From Felis catus (lineage: Eukaryota): DNA of 64,000 nt. The translations under genes and the position numbers were made by a program. The notes beneath the pieces are model-generated. The model worked only from the letters and a program-made list of their open reading frames with translations. It was not told where the DNA came from and searched no databases. Numbering within the stretch: the first letter of the stretch is position 1; each line of letters starts with the position of its first letter. Positions 37,791 to 51,536 of the stretch are shown piece by piece. Location of the stretch: NCBI RefSeq assembly GCF_018350175.1, contig NC_058368.1:23748001-23812000 (forward strand). Direction: 5' to 3'.

Positions 37791-38299
37791 TGTGGTAGGC
37801 TGAATAGTAATCCTCTAAAGATATCCATTCCTAACCCTAGAATCTGTAAAATGTGACTTTACATGACAAAAAAAGACCTTGTAGATGATTGAATTAAGTG
37901 CCTTGAGATGGGATGATTATCCTGGATTATTCAGTGGACCCAATGTAATCACAAGTCCTTATTAGAGGGAGGCAGAAGGGTCAGGGAGAGAAAACAATGC
38001 GATGATAGAAACAAATGTCGGAGAGAGAGAGAAGGCGAAAAGTTTGTGCTGCTGACCATGAAGATGAAGGAATGGACCAATGGGCAAAGGAATGCAGGTT
38101 CTCTGTAAAAGCTGGAAGAGGCTAGAAAGAGGATTCTCTAGAGCCTCCAGAAGGAACCAGCTCTGCTGACACTTTGACATTAGCCCAGTAAGACTGATTT
38201 TGGACTTCAGACTTCTAGAACTATAAGGTAATACATTTGTGGCATTTTGAGCCACAATTCTGTTATCATTTTTTACAGCAGCTGTAGGAAACTACAACA
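37791..38299 (+). mobile_element. MaLR solo LTR (MLT1C/D-like)
   Basis: tgtggtaggctgaata start, 'ttgagatgggatgattatcctggatt', ends 'ggaaactacaaca'; 5-bp TSD attag/attac. Confidence 0.85.
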
Positions 38300-38474
38300 A
38301 TTACTATTTCCAGTAATTTCAACTACTGGTTATTCCAGTTACTGGGTTATTGGTCCAGACCAGACAATGAGCAAAAAGATTACTGAGACAAAGAGGTTTC
38401 CATTCATTAAATGTATACCACTTCTCTCTTGAATCTTACAAACACTGCTTAAATAGAATAAAAAAGTATGAGAT

Positions 38475-39180
38475 AAAGCCCATTGTTTCCTTCCTGTTTT
38501 TAGTGTCATATCAAGAATATTTTGCCTAACCCAATGTCATAATTTTTTTTTCTCTTTTCTTCTTATAGATTTATCTCCTACTTTTAGGTCTATGATCACT
38601 TTTGAGTTTGTGTATAATGTGAGGTAAGGATCTAAATTAATCTTTTTGTGTGCAGATACTTAATTGTCCCAGCATCATTTGTTGAAAAGATTAGACATTT
38701 CCCTAATAAATTTTAATTTTTTTACATTGATTTATTTTTGAGAAACAGAGAGACAAAGCGTGAGCAGGGGAGGGGCAGAGAGAGAAGGAGACACAGAATC
38801 TGAAGCAGGCTCCAGGCTCTGAGCAAGCGGTCAGCACAGAGCCTGATGCGGGGCTCGAACTCACAAACTGTGAGATCATGACCTGAGCCGAAGTCGGACG
38901 CTCAACCGACTGAGCCACCCAGGCGCCCCTCTGGACTCTCAATTTTGTTCTGTTGATCTATTTGTCTACCCTCAGGCCAGCACCATACTCTTTTCATTAC
39001 TGTAGCTTTAGAGTAAGTTTTGAAATTTGAAAGTGAAAGTCTTTCCATTTTATTATTTTCAAATTTGTTTGCATAAATCTGGGCTCTCTGTATTTCCATT
39101 TTAGGATTAGCTTCTTGTTTTCTGTTAGAATTTTCATAGGTTTTATGTTCAATCAATTTAGGGAGAAATGTCTCCTTTTT
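38475..39180 (-). mobile_element. Old L1 ORF2 fragment
   Basis: 'ttgtcccagcatcatttgttgaaaaga', 'cattactgtagctttagagtaagttttgaa'; minus ORF 38902-39156 has L1-like FKTYSKATVMKRVWCW. Confidence 0.8.
38711..38929 (-). mobile_element. CAN-SINE without an evident TSD
   Basis: Well-preserved reversed SINE ending cccaggcgcccc. Confidence 0.94.
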
Positions 39181-39589
39181 ATTAAACTTGGCTTGCCCAA
39201 AGTTTAGTGAGAGCTACATGTACTCAGTTACCTAATTAATATTTGGCCCCTCTTGGGTCTTATTATTGGTAGGACAGAGATGTGAAATCTTTTCCTGGAA
39301 GAAAGTTTCATCTTTCAATTATTGATCACCCTGCTTCAATCACATACCAATTTGGCAGTAGTGGCTATCCATTTTCTACCCCCCCTTCAGCTGGTACCTT
39401 TCCCATGTCCACTCAGCATTGTTCATTCTTATGTTGGCTTCATTCCCACTCAGCCATTCTCCTACTTTGGCCTTGTGCCCCATTCACTTTTAGACTCTCT
39501 GCTTTCCTCTACCAAGAGAATGGTTTGGTTCTAAATCCTGTGACCCAGAGTCTCTTTATTAAAATATTGGCATCTGCCTCTACCTGGTC

Positions 39590-39830
39590 TTGACCAGAGG
39601 ACAAAAGAAGCAATTGTGGAACACTGGATCAGATTTCAGAATATGAAGTTTGTCTTTCTGACCATGTCACATACTAACTGTGTGATCATGAGCTGGTTAT
39701 AAACTCCATACATTAGCTCCCTCATCCTTAAAATGAGGATATTGATAATTGCTTGAGAGTCAAAGGAGATAACATATTTAAGAACTTCATTAAAAGCAGC
39801 AAAAGACATTATTATAGTATATTCATTAAG
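39590..39830 (+). mobile_element. MIR SINE
   Basis: 'tactaactgtgtgatcatgagctggtt...ctcatccttaaaatgaggatattgata'. Confidence 0.55.
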
Positions 39831-42109
39831 CATTTAAAGCCTATATGTATAATTTTCTCCTCAACTAGATTATATGATGCAGTATATTTCTGTGGCATCT
39901 AACATATTATGAAGCACATAGAAGGAGTTCAATGAATATTTTAGTTAAACTAATAAAAACCTATGATAACAATTTGGATGTGTTGTATGAGCACATGCAT
40001 GTATGTAAGTTATTTGTATGTGGGAAAGAAACACATGCAGAGACAGAGACATAGGGGCAGTGACAGACAAACAGAAAGAGGTACTTCCTTTCAGTTAACA
40101 TCTTAATAGAGTCTAGTGTCTTGTGAAGCAAACATTGGTATAGTGGGTCTTGAAAATAAGAACACAAAAACTGAAGCTTGTACTTCGAGGAAGTCATGTA
40201 TTAAAAAGCTCCATATGAAGGAGCTTTTATAGTTGAAGATGATTATCCCTCTACCTCACAAAACACACACACAATTTTCAAGAAACTAAAAAATAACATT
40301 TCTTTGCCTTTACTTCACAGTTCCTTGGGAACAGGATACAGGACACAGAGGAGAAAGCTATAGTAAGACATTGGTTCTAATCTTCTAATCTAAATATCAG
40401 AATCCAGATCTACTTGGGTTTAAATCATGCCAGTAATTCAACCTGAATTTCTAAGATTTTACTCCAGTCTAAGTGTATGTCACCATATGCAGTGAACTCT
40501 CCCAAACCTTTCCTTGTTCTCTCTTGTTCTTTCCACATATCCTGACAAAAATGTTGTCCAGAGTTCTGGCCTCATTTCCATTTTTTCCTCCAATATACTG
40601 GTCAGAAGAGCTCCCTGACTCATCTTTACATGCTCTGAATCATACATGGGGCATTGATCTCAATGCTTGTTGAATTGAGTTGACCCCTGGACATTCTCTT
40701 CCTTTTCTTACAACAGAACTAAGTTTTCATTCGTTTCTTCTCCACACATTTGTGTTTACTCCACACAATGTGTAGGGCACTAAAAATATATTAGAATCTG
40801 CAGAGTACTTTATAGTGTACAGATTATTTTTGAATTGTTAACTGTAGGCCCCTGCTATTCACCATCTTTCTTGGAATAGAGTAATCTCTTGCTTAGAAGG
40901 GTTGCTATCTTAAACTTCAAAGAGCTCCCTCAGCTTCCAAACTGTGGTAGGGAGAAAGCTAGAGTATATGTCCTTCTCACTCAGTCCCGACTCTCCCACA
41001 TTTTTCTGTCATAAAATCCAGAGGGCTTATTATTTCCCTTTGGAAAGTGTGGTTTTTGTTACTAGTATAAAACACTGGCTAATGATGACAAAGACACATA
41101 GTTAGTGAAAGCAGTCTGGATGTGCTGCATTTTCCAGCTAATGAGTCCAATGGGAGTAGGGGTTGGTGGTGATCGCTGCCAAAGCAGCAGCAGGGGGAGA
41201 GAGTTGAAAGGGTTCAAGGACCTGGGTTTGCTTCTCTTGTTTTCATGGATGACTCATAAAAATTGAGGAAGCAAAATACACTTTACCTCATTAGTCTTCT
41301 GTTACTCACCCTCCTCATCCCTGACAGCACACAAAAACTTCAACAACCACAGAATTGGCCATTTATCATTATACCATTGATCCCTTTCATTAGCCATCCT
41401 CCATCAAAGGGACCAATGGTACTTACATAAAATCTGCCATGAAAAACAATACAAATGTTTATGGGTATTCATACTACACACATATATTGAAATCCTGGTC
41501 CCATAGTAAAAGCAGAGGTTATAAAGATAAAGCACACTGTTTTTCAAAAGGTTTAAAATGTAGATGATGAGACAGAAATATGTAAGATACCTATGTAGAG
41601 GGGTTCAAGTATCATGACAGACAATACATAGGTGCCATGACTGCATAGAGGAGGAATTCTAATACCATCTGCAACAGAGAGAAAAGGGGGATGGCCAAGT
41701 GGGGTGTCCTGGTAGGAAGTGATACTTTAGAGGAGTCTTCATGGGAATGAGGACCGGGAGGAAAGGGAGGAAGAAAGCATTCTACGTTAAAGGAATAGCT
41801 TATACAAGCAGAATTTGGACTTTGTAATACTTTCATATTTTACCCCTGTCATTTTTCTGGATCTTCTGGATCACTCCAAATTTTTGTATTGTTTTTCAAA
41901 ACAAAAACCACAATGGTTAGTCTCATCTCAAGTTGTATTTATGCTTCTGTTAATAAAAAATAAATTCATCATTAGTGGAAAAATTGTCTAGCAACTAAGA
42001 GCTTTGTAGAATTGAGTTATAGGAAATAATAATTCCTATTCACACAAAATCTGTTCTCAGAATCTTAGCAAGAAATAGGACAAAACTGTTTTCAGAGATC
42101 TAAGACGGC

Positions 42110-42320
42110 ATGCCTCCTATGAGAGGCATGGAACTTCAGCTCTGCCACTAACTTTGTGAATGTGGGCAAGTTACCCTCTCTGTGCCTTAGTTTCCTAACT
42201 TGTAAAATGAAGATACTAATAGCAGGTCATCACATAAGGTTGTTATGGGGAAAGAATATAATCAGGCATGCAAAGTGCTTTAATAGCTCCTACTACATGG
42301 TAAATGCTATATAAGTTTGT
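42110..42320 (+). mobile_element. MIR SINE
   Basis: 'cagctctgccactaactttgtgaatgtgggcaagttaccctctctgtgccttagtttcctaacttgtaaaatg'. Confidence 0.75.
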
Positions 42321-42458
42321 TGTTGTTACATAATTGTGATATCATTTTGTTTGTATGCTGCCGTATATTTTTTTGTGCCTTTCTCATGTTTAAGATCCAT
42401 TACCTCTTTGGATGGAAAGATTTTGAAGAGAGGTGTTTCTTTTGTTTTCTGAATGGGC

Positions 42459-42482
42459 TGTGTGTGTGTGTGTGTGTGTGTG
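42459..42482. repeat. (TG)12 microsatellite
   Basis: Directly visible. Confidence 0.95.
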
Positions 42483-43589
42483 CACGTGCATGCACGAGTA
42501 TCCTCACAGCATATCATATAGAACTTCTAGTAAAAGGGTTTCCACTTGCCTTCTCCTAAGGTCAGCTCCATCTTGCATCTACATTATGATAATACCAAGT
42601 ATCATGTAGTTGCAATGGGATCAGTAGATGCAAATTCATCAGATCTAAATTCTTTCCACTAAACCAACCCTAAAATATGTGAAAATGAAGACTTTTGACA
42701 TGCAGAGGGATCAAATACATTGCAAGCACATTTTCCTTTGATCTTTGTACATTTTCCACTTCTTTTTAGTCTTTTTAAATAAGGAATAATCTCAATTTGT
42801 ACATGAGAAAACTGAAAAATCTAAGAAGTGACTTAAGAGAGGTTAGATAACTTGATAGTGGTAAAGCCACAACAATGGATCAGGATTCCTTGCTCTTAGA
42901 CCAGAGGTTTCTTCATTTAACCAAGTTGCCTCTCCCAATTTCATGAGGGAGACACCTGGGAAGACATCTTGTCACCAGGAAGCCAGGACATGTCCCCAAA
43001 CTAACAGTGGAATATAGTCATTTGGGAGATAAACTTTCTAGAAAAGGTTTTTGGCCTACAACAAAAGTTTCAGGAGCAAGACACTCTATTTACTATAAAA
43101 CTTCAGCTGAATTTTACACCACAATTTCACAGCTGAGAAGATCTATCTAAATAAAAGCTATCAGTGATTATAACCCCTGAAGATGCTAAATAAACAGATT
43201 AACCACTTTGATTATTTGAAATAAATACCTATAATTTGATCTTTTAATCTTGCACAAAGATTAAAGATAGAAGTTTATGATTTGTTTGTTGTACTTACAC
43301 TATTTGTTAAGTCACTGTATCACTGATGTCACTGCCTTTCCAAGTGTGCCAAGGGTGCGCTGACATTTTTGTGCATTCATTCATTTAAGAAATATTTTGT
43401 GGACTGTCTACCATGTGTGAGTTGTGTAGTTAGGTATGCAGTGTATATGAGATGGCAGAGATGCTGCATATACTAAAATGACAACACAAGGCTGACTCTG
43501 AAAGACACCACACAAAGTAATTACAGTAATTGGTGTCTTACACTCCCCCAAATACCAAACCTGGGCCTCTTTCAGTGCATAGTTCTGAA

Positions 43590-44400
43590 AGCCAGGAGAC
43601 TCCTGGTCTTCTTTCTCCCTATTAGCCCTCATATGCAATCTTCCATTGTGTCCTGCTGATGTTGCCTCCTAAACTGGTCTCAAATCTGTTCGCCTTTCGT
43701 CACTTCTGCCATCACAATCACCCCTCAAGTTCAAGTCACCATCAGCTCTTGCCTACACCACTTCAGGTGATCTGTTGCATCCACTCGCATCATTCTAATT
43801 TACTATTAATTTCCACCCTGCAGTCAGAGTGATCTTTTTGAGTTGCAAATCTGATTATGTCACCTTCTTGCTTAAAAGACAACAATAATTCATCTTATGA
43901 TAGACATTCAAACTCATATTACAGTCTGTGACACCCCACTGACAATTTGGTTTTTGCCTATGTCTGCAGCCCCAGGCTGCTCCTCACTCAAGCCCTGGAC
44001 ACAACCAGTTTTCTTCCGTTTTCTCAAGCATACTATGCTCATTGCTGCCACCAAATCTATGCATAGGCTGTACCCTCTGCTTAGACTATCCCCTGCCTTC
44101 ACCCTCACCTAGGTCATCAACACTGATATCTCAGATCAGGCAGGAAAGCTTCCCCTGGCCTTCCTCTGTAGGTTAGTTAGTTGAGCTGTGTGCTCTGAAA
44201 GCACTGTGTATTTCTCCTTTGAGGCTTTTAGCATAGTTGTCATTTCATGATTACTTATGTGATTATATTATCTGCCTCCCTCACTGAACCATAAGCTATG
44301 TGAAAAAGACTTTTTTTTTTCTTTTGGTTGACACTTTTATTACTAAGCAAGGTAGCTGGCACATAGAATTGCTCTGTAAATATTTCTTGAATGAATTGAT
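43590..44400 (+). mobile_element. L2 LINE 3' region
   Basis: 'ctgcagtcagagtgatctttttgagttgcaaatctgattatgtcacc' and tail 'ctggcacatagaattgctctgtaaatatttcttgaatgaat'. Confidence 0.75.
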
Positions 44401-44524
44401 GGACAAATAGAATTCAAAGAAGGGAGAGAGGGAGAGAGACTGATTCACGTAATATGATAGTGGGATCTTCTTCAGGAAGGCATGCTTATTTTTAGCTGGT
44501 ACTTTTATAGACAGATAAACATCT

Positions 44525-44726
44525 TTTTTTTAATGTTTATTTACTTTTGAAACAGAGACAGAGCATGAACGGGGGAGGATCAGAGAGGGAGACACGGAAT
44601 CTGAAGCAGGCTCCAGGCTCCAAGCTGTCAGCACAGAACCCGACATGGGGCTCAAACTCAAGGACTGCGAGATCATAACCTGAGCCAAAGTCAGATGCTT
44701 AACCGACTGAGCCACCCAGGTGCCCC
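44525..44726 (-). mobile_element. CAN-SINE
   Basis: TSD t(a/g)gacagataaac(a/t)tct at 44508-44524 and 44727-44743. Confidence 0.94.
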
Positions 44727-47069
44727 TGGACAGATAAACTTCTAATAGATAGTGTGAAAAGAACATTTTAGGCAACAGAGGTGGCATGAAAAAGTGCAAA
44801 AATTGGAAGATATGGGGGTGTTCTGGAGCATATAGTTCAGCTTTGAATAAGAGAGAGAGATAACTAGAACGGTAGAGTTGCTATAATAAAAGGCTTTACT
44901 AACATACCAGACTACAGATAATGGCCTGTGTATGGTAGGAATGTGAAAGAACTAAACATTTCCAAGTAAGACTGATGGTTTGCTGGTGCACTGGATTGGG
45001 AATGGAGGTAAAGTCCTGGGTGAGAATGTAAGGGTTGTGATAAATAAAGGATATAAAGGGAGCATACAGGGATGTGTAGGACTGAACAACCAACTCTTTG
45101 TGAAAGGCCAAGAATCAACTGTCTTTGAGGCGAGGCTTTATATCATGTCCATTTGTTGAACACTGTTTCCTACTCCACCATTCTTGAGCATGCTTGACAA
45201 TTAGCATGTAAGACATCAAGGTAAATATTGAGTGACTTGCATGGACCCTGGTATAAGTTGTGGAGATAGAAGACAAACTAAGTTCCTGCTCCCAAAACAG
45301 AATGAACCTGCATTCTGGTGGAGGAAGATAGACAATAAACAAACCAACAAAAATAGGCTAATAAAGTATAATGGCAGCTAGGAAGGGGTTGCATTGCCTA
45401 GAAAGTCAAGGAAGGCATCTTTGAGGAAGAAATACTTGATTTGAACCCTCAATTTTATGTACTTGTAAAGTTGCCCCATGAATTTATGATGAAGATGACT
45501 AAGCCATAAGAAATAAATTAGAGAAGCAGGCATTTATAGATTCAATAAACAGACCACTTTTATCAATCAATCCCTTATTCACAAAGCAGGTAATTTGTAC
45601 AGGCTCTCAATGAATTAAATCACCCAGTCACTTTTCAAAGCCAGGAGTTACAAATTCATAAGCCTTGTGCTCAGGTAGAATTTATGGTTATATCTTCATC
45701 AGCTCAACTCTTGGATGTCTGACCCCCACCAAACTATATTGTCTGACTCACAATGTCAGTTTCTACAGGTCATAACTTTCTTGGTGCACCACCCCCTTCG
45801 TCTCTTTAACTGAAGAGTTGCCCACCAAGCATGTGAGCCAAACTTTTCTGGGAACATTTATAAAACTACGCATTAGCTAATGGATTCTTAAGATAATTAA
45901 ATTGAAATTCTCCTCCTCCAATCCAAGTACGAAAACAGAACATTTTTCTTCACATTTTTATTTCAACATATTAGATCTCAATTCAAAATGAAATAATAAA
46001 CTGTCTGTCAACATGGTTGTTGCTCAAGCTGATCTGTCTCCATCCGATTATTTGATTCAATCAGAAATATTTGTGAGTCTGCACTAGACACGGGTCAGCT
46101 TGGATAGTAGGAAAGGAGAAAAAGAGTAAGAGGGAGTGGAAAGAGAAAGGAAGGAAGAAGGGGAGAGAGGGAGGGGAAAAGAAAAAGAAACAAAAGCACC
46201 TTTACATTCTGAGCTTATCTGAGTACCTTCTAAGTTGAGTTGTAGGATGGAGCAATATTTATTACCAATATACTTTGCTCAGAAGGTCAGATTCCCTTGC
46301 AGGGATGAGAGCAATATGGAATTCATGTAAACCACTCTACATTTATATAAGCAGCAAGCTGAAAAAACCTCTACATTGTTTATTTGAACAAACAAATATT
46401 TCTCCACCTTCCAATCCCTTTTTCTGAAAATGAGACAAAAACATTTTTGAGTCATATAGCAATTCCACTCCAATAAAAAATTCACCTCAGGAGAAAAGTC
46501 CATGTGCATACACTTGCAGCAACTTCAACAAGTAATCAATGTTTAAGAGTAAGGATTCATTTGTGATTCCTGAAGGGCATGTTTTAGAAAAAGAAGGAAT
46601 TTCTCCTAAGAGAATAAAGTAGGTGGCAGGAAAAAATAAAGGTTTCTTGTTCTTCCTAAAGAACGTGCAGGTGGGTGTGAGAAGAGAAAGCAGGAAAATA
46701 AGATTTTTACAAGCACACTGTAGACACTTCTCTGGGATGGATGGGACTTGAGAGCTGTCAAAGGAGACTGTTAATGCAAGACTCATGCAGGCAGGGACCT
46801 GGAACCCAAGAACTGGGGATGGCATAGAAGCTGAGATTCAGGTACAACTTATTAGTATACATTATTAAAAACAAAGTAAGATAAACTTGCCAGCATATAT
46901 TAAAACTACAGGGAAAAGAAATTCTGAAAGCTTTGCAAGGATCAGGATACAGTGAACCTAAAGCAACAGTATGGTGTATATTCATCCTACTAGAACATAA
47001 ATGGTGGGTCTGGTTGATTTCTGTTTACCCTGTTTCCCTGCCATCTTCCAAAGAAAGGTCAGTCTTTCC

Positions 47070-49410
47070 CATACTGGCTCTGTATTCAGAAATGTGAACA
47101 AACTGTAACTGTTCAGCTTGATGAATATTCAAAAAGTGAATACACTCATGTAACCGCCACCAAATATCACAAGAAATGGAGTATTAGTAGCAACCCAGAC
47201 AACCTCTGGGTGCCCTTCCTCAGGCATGATTCTCCCCCGACGAAAGTAAACACTGTCTTGTCTTCTACTAGCATTGGTTATTTCTCACTGCTTTTAAACT
47301 TTTTATAAACAAAATTACACAGTACATACTACTCTGTGTCTTCTTTTGCATCAGTGTAATTATCCACCCATATACTATTTCTTCATTCATTTTGCCACAT
47401 AATACTCTATTATATGATTATTGTGTATTTACCATTACATTTAGGTTGCTTTCAGATTAGTGTTATAAAGAATAGCTCTGCTATGAACCTTATGTTATTT
47501 AATTAACACATGTACATACTATAAGAAACATGTGCACATCTTTCTAGGAATGGAATCACTGAGTGATAGGGCGGCTTTAGTAGATACTCTAAAATATTTA
47601 CATGCTCACAGGTAAAGGAGCTCCAATTTGTTCATTGGCAACATTTGGTATTGTTCGTCTTTAATATTAGCCATTTTGAGGTTTAGTCAATCACTGTGAT
47701 TTTAAGTTCTATTTCCATAATCAACAATAAGTTTAAACACTTTTTTGCAAGCTAGTTGGTCATTTGGCTATTGTGTGGTGAAAGTATCTGTTCAACTCTA
47801 CTGACCATTTTCCTAGTGTGTTGTCTTTTTCCTATTGAGTTGTAGAAGTTCCTCACATGTTCTGAGAACATGTTCTCTGCCATTAAACATGCACATATAC
47901 TGAAAATGTTTTCTTACCCCATGGTTTGACTTTTCATTTCATTAACAGTTATCTTTTGATAAGTACTTAATTTGAATGTAATTTATCAACCTTTTCCTTT
48001 AGCATTAGTGCTTTTTGTATTCTGATACAAAATCTTCCCCATGCAAAAGTCATGAAGATATCTTGACCTACACCTCCTATTCTACCTCCAAATCAACGCC
48101 TGGTGACAATGCACTCAAATTTTATGCACATTTTTAACTGGGTTGTTTGTGTGTTTGGAGTTATCAGAGTTCTTTGAATATTTAAAGTATAAAGTCCTTT
48201 GTCAGATACATATTTTGCCAATATTTTTCTGAGACTATGATTGTCTATTCATTTTCTTAACCTTGTCTTTTGATGAAAAAAATATTTTTAAGTTTGATAA
48301 AATCCAATTTGTTGATCCTTTGTTTAATAGCTTATGTTTTATATCATATTTAAGAAATCACTGCCAAGCACAAGGTCACAAGATTTTCTACTATATTTTC
48401 TTCTGGGATTTTATGGTTTTCATTTTCATATTTAGACCTATGATTTGGGCTGTATTTTGTGTCTTGTTAGATAGAGGTAAGGCTTACAATTTTTGCATGT
48501 GGATATCCAGGTGGTTCAGTACAATTGGTTGAAGGGATTATCCTTTCACCATTGAAATGCTTTGGCAAATATGTCAAAATCGATTGAACATACATTGTTT
48601 ATCTACTTCTGGACTTTCTATTTTGTTCCATTGATGTATTTGCATATTTTTATATCAATGCTGCACTGATTACTATAGCTTTACAGTAAGTCCTCTAGCT
48701 TTTTCTTTGTCAAAGTTATTTTGGTGATTCTATAATTTTGCATTTTCTTTATAAAATTTAGAATAAACTTGTCAGCTAAAAAAAACAGTGTGCTGAGATT
48801 TTCATTGGGACTGATTGTTGGTTCTGTAGATCAATTTGGGTAGAAAGGACATATTAACAATATTGTGTTTTCTTATCCATAAATAAATCTGAATTGAATA
48901 GCTTTTTTTCTCTCATCAGTGTTTTGTGGCTTTCAGCATATAAATATTGGACATCTTGTGTCAGATTTATTCCTAAGTATGTTATGGTTTTAGATGTTCT
49001 GATAAGTGGGACTATTTTGAAAATTTCAATTTCCTCTTGCTCTATGATAGTCCACATAAATACCTTTGGATTTGTGTATTAAGCTTGAATCCTACTATCT
49101 CAATGAAATTACATACCATTTTAAATAGCTTTGTCTTGTATATTTTGGGGTCTTTTTCATGTATGTGATCATACTGTCTATTGTAAAGACAGTTTATATC
49201 TGGCTTTCCGGTCTGTATGCCTTTTTAATTTGTTTCTTGCCCTATTGTATTAGATAGAACATCCAGCTCAGGGGAGGCATCCTTGCTTTCCCCCCTAATA
49301 TTATGGGAAAAATATACAACTTTTCATGACTAAGTATAACATTACCTGTTGGTTTTCATAAATACCACTTACTAAGTTGGAGGAGTTTCTTTTTATTCCT
49401 AGTTTGTTAA
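47070..49410 (-). mobile_element. Old L1 (L1M/L1ME-like) 3' UTR and ORF2 fragments; continues at ~51670-52056 and ~58696-58900
   Basis: Reverse ORF2 text; minus ORF 48854-49057 contains TYLGINLTQDVQYLY; collinear continuation after the younger insertions. Confidence 0.78.
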
Positions 49411-49611
49411 TATATGTTTTTTCTTAATTTATTTTTTTAAACAAGTTAGTTAACACACAGTGTAGTATTAGTTTCAGGAATAGAATCCAGGATTCATCAC
49501 TTACATGTAACACCCAGTGCTCATCCCAACAATCATCCTCCTTAATGCCCATCACCCATTTAATGCATTAGTTCACCTAATACCCCTCCAGCAACCCTAA
49601 TTTTGTGCTCT

Positions 49612-49832
49612 TTTTTTTTAATTTTTTTTCAACGTTTATTTATTTTTGGGACAGAGAGAGACAGAGCATGAACGGGGGAGGGGCAGAGAGAGAGAGAGGC
49701 ACAGAATCCAAAACAGGCTCCAGGCTCTGAGCCATCAGCCCTGAGCCTGACACGGGGCTCGAACTCACAGACCGCGAGATCGTGACCTGGCTGAAGTCGG
49801 ACGCTTAACCGACTGCGCCACCCAGGCGCCCC
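49612..49832 (-). mobile_element. Young feline SINE (SINEC_Fc-like)
   Basis: TSD ttgtgctct at 49603-49611 and 49833-49841; CpGs retained. Confidence 0.96.
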
Positions 49833-51316
49833 TTGTGCTCTGTCTTTAAGAGGCTCTTATAGTTTGCCTCCCTCTCTCTTTTTATCTTCTTTTTCTTTCC
49901 TTTCCCCTATGTACATGTTTTGTTTCTTTAATTCCATACATGAGTAAAATCATATGATATATATCTTTCCTGACTTATTTTGCTTAACATAATATATTCT
50001 AGTTCCATCCACGTTGTTACAAATGGCAAGATTTTGTTCCTTTTGATCGCTTAGTATTCCATTGTGTGTGTGTGTGTGTGTACATATATACACACCACAT
50101 CTTCTGTATCCATGCATTAATCAACAGACATTTGGGCTCTTTCCATAATTTAGCTATTGTTGATAGTGCTGTTATCAACACTGGGGCACATGTGCTCCTG
50201 AGAATCAGTATTTTCATATCCTTTGGACAAATTCCTAGTAGTATAATTGCTGGGTCATAGGGTAGTTCTGTCTTAAATTTTGTGAGGAACCTCCATACAC
50301 TTTGCCAGAGTGGCTGCAACAGTTTGCATTTCCAACAACAGTACAAAGGGGTTCCCCTTTCTCCATATCCTCATGAACATCTGTTGTTTCCTGATTTGTT
50401 CATTGTAGCCATGCTGTCAGGTATGAGGTGGTATCTTATTGTGGTTATGATTTGTACTTCCCTGATGATGAGTGATGTTGAGCATCTTTCCATATGTCTG
50501 CTAACCATCTGGATGTCTTTTTGGGAAGTGTCTATTCATGTCTTCTGCTCATTTCTTCACTGGATTATATGTTTTTGGGTGTTGAATTTGATAGTTCTTG
50601 AAAGATTTTGGATACTAACCTTATCGAATATGTCATTTGCAAATATCTTCTCCCATTCCGTTGGTTGCCTTTTAGTTTTGTTGACTGTTTTCCCTGCTGT
50701 ACAGAAGCTTTTTGTCTTGATAAGGTACCAATTGTTCCTTTTTGCTTTTGTTTCCTTTGCCTTCTGAGACATGTCTATTAAGGAGTTACTGCAGCCAAGG
50801 TCAACAAGGTTGCCTTGTTTTCTCCTCTAGGATTTTGATGACTTCCTATTTCACATTTAGATCTTTGATTCATTTTGAATTTTTTTGTGCATGTGGTATA
50901 AGAAAGTGGTCTAGTTTCATTCTTCTCCAAGTCACTTTCCAGTTTTCCCAGCAGCATTTGCTGAGGAGACTGTCTTTTTACCATTGGATACTCTTTCCTG
51001 CTTTGTTGAATATTAGTTGGCAATGTTTATGGGTCCATTTTTGGGTTCTCTATTCTGTTGCATTTATCTATGTGTCTGTTTTTGTGCCAGTACTATACTG
51101 TCTTGATGATTACAGCGTTGTAATATAGCTTAAAGTCTGGAATTGTGATGCTTCCAGGTTTGCTTTTCTTTTCAACATTACTTTGGCTATGTGGGGTCTT
51201 TTCTCATTCCATACAAATCTTAGGATTGTTTGTTCTAGCTCTGTAAAGAATGCCAGTGTTATTTTGATAGAGATTACAGTGAATGTGTAGATTGCTTTGA
51301 GTAGTATAGACATTTT

Positions 51317-51536
51317 TTTTTAATTTTTTTTTTCAACGTTTATTTATTTTTGGGACAGAGAGAGACAGAGCATGAATGGGGGAGGGGCAGAGAGAGAGGG
51401 AGACACAGAATCGGAAGCAGGCTCCAGGCTCTGAGCCATCAGCCCAGAGCCTGACGCGGGGCTCAAACTCACGGACCGCGAGATCGTGACCTGGCTGAAG
51501 TCGGACGCTTAACCGACTGCGCCACCCAGGCGCCCC
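51317..51536 (-). mobile_element. Young feline SINE (SINEC_Fc-like)
   Basis: Perfect 17-bp TSD agtagtatagacatttt at 51300-51316 and 51537-51553. Confidence 0.97.

Noticed and set aside
37812..37829. Fifth look-alike of the hotspot motif (ctctaaagatatccatt)
   Set aside because: It lies inside the MLT1 LTR start, where similar text is part of the element; treated as coincidence.
46100..46195. Purine-rich GA tract
   Set aside because: Common low-complexity sequence with no further structure.
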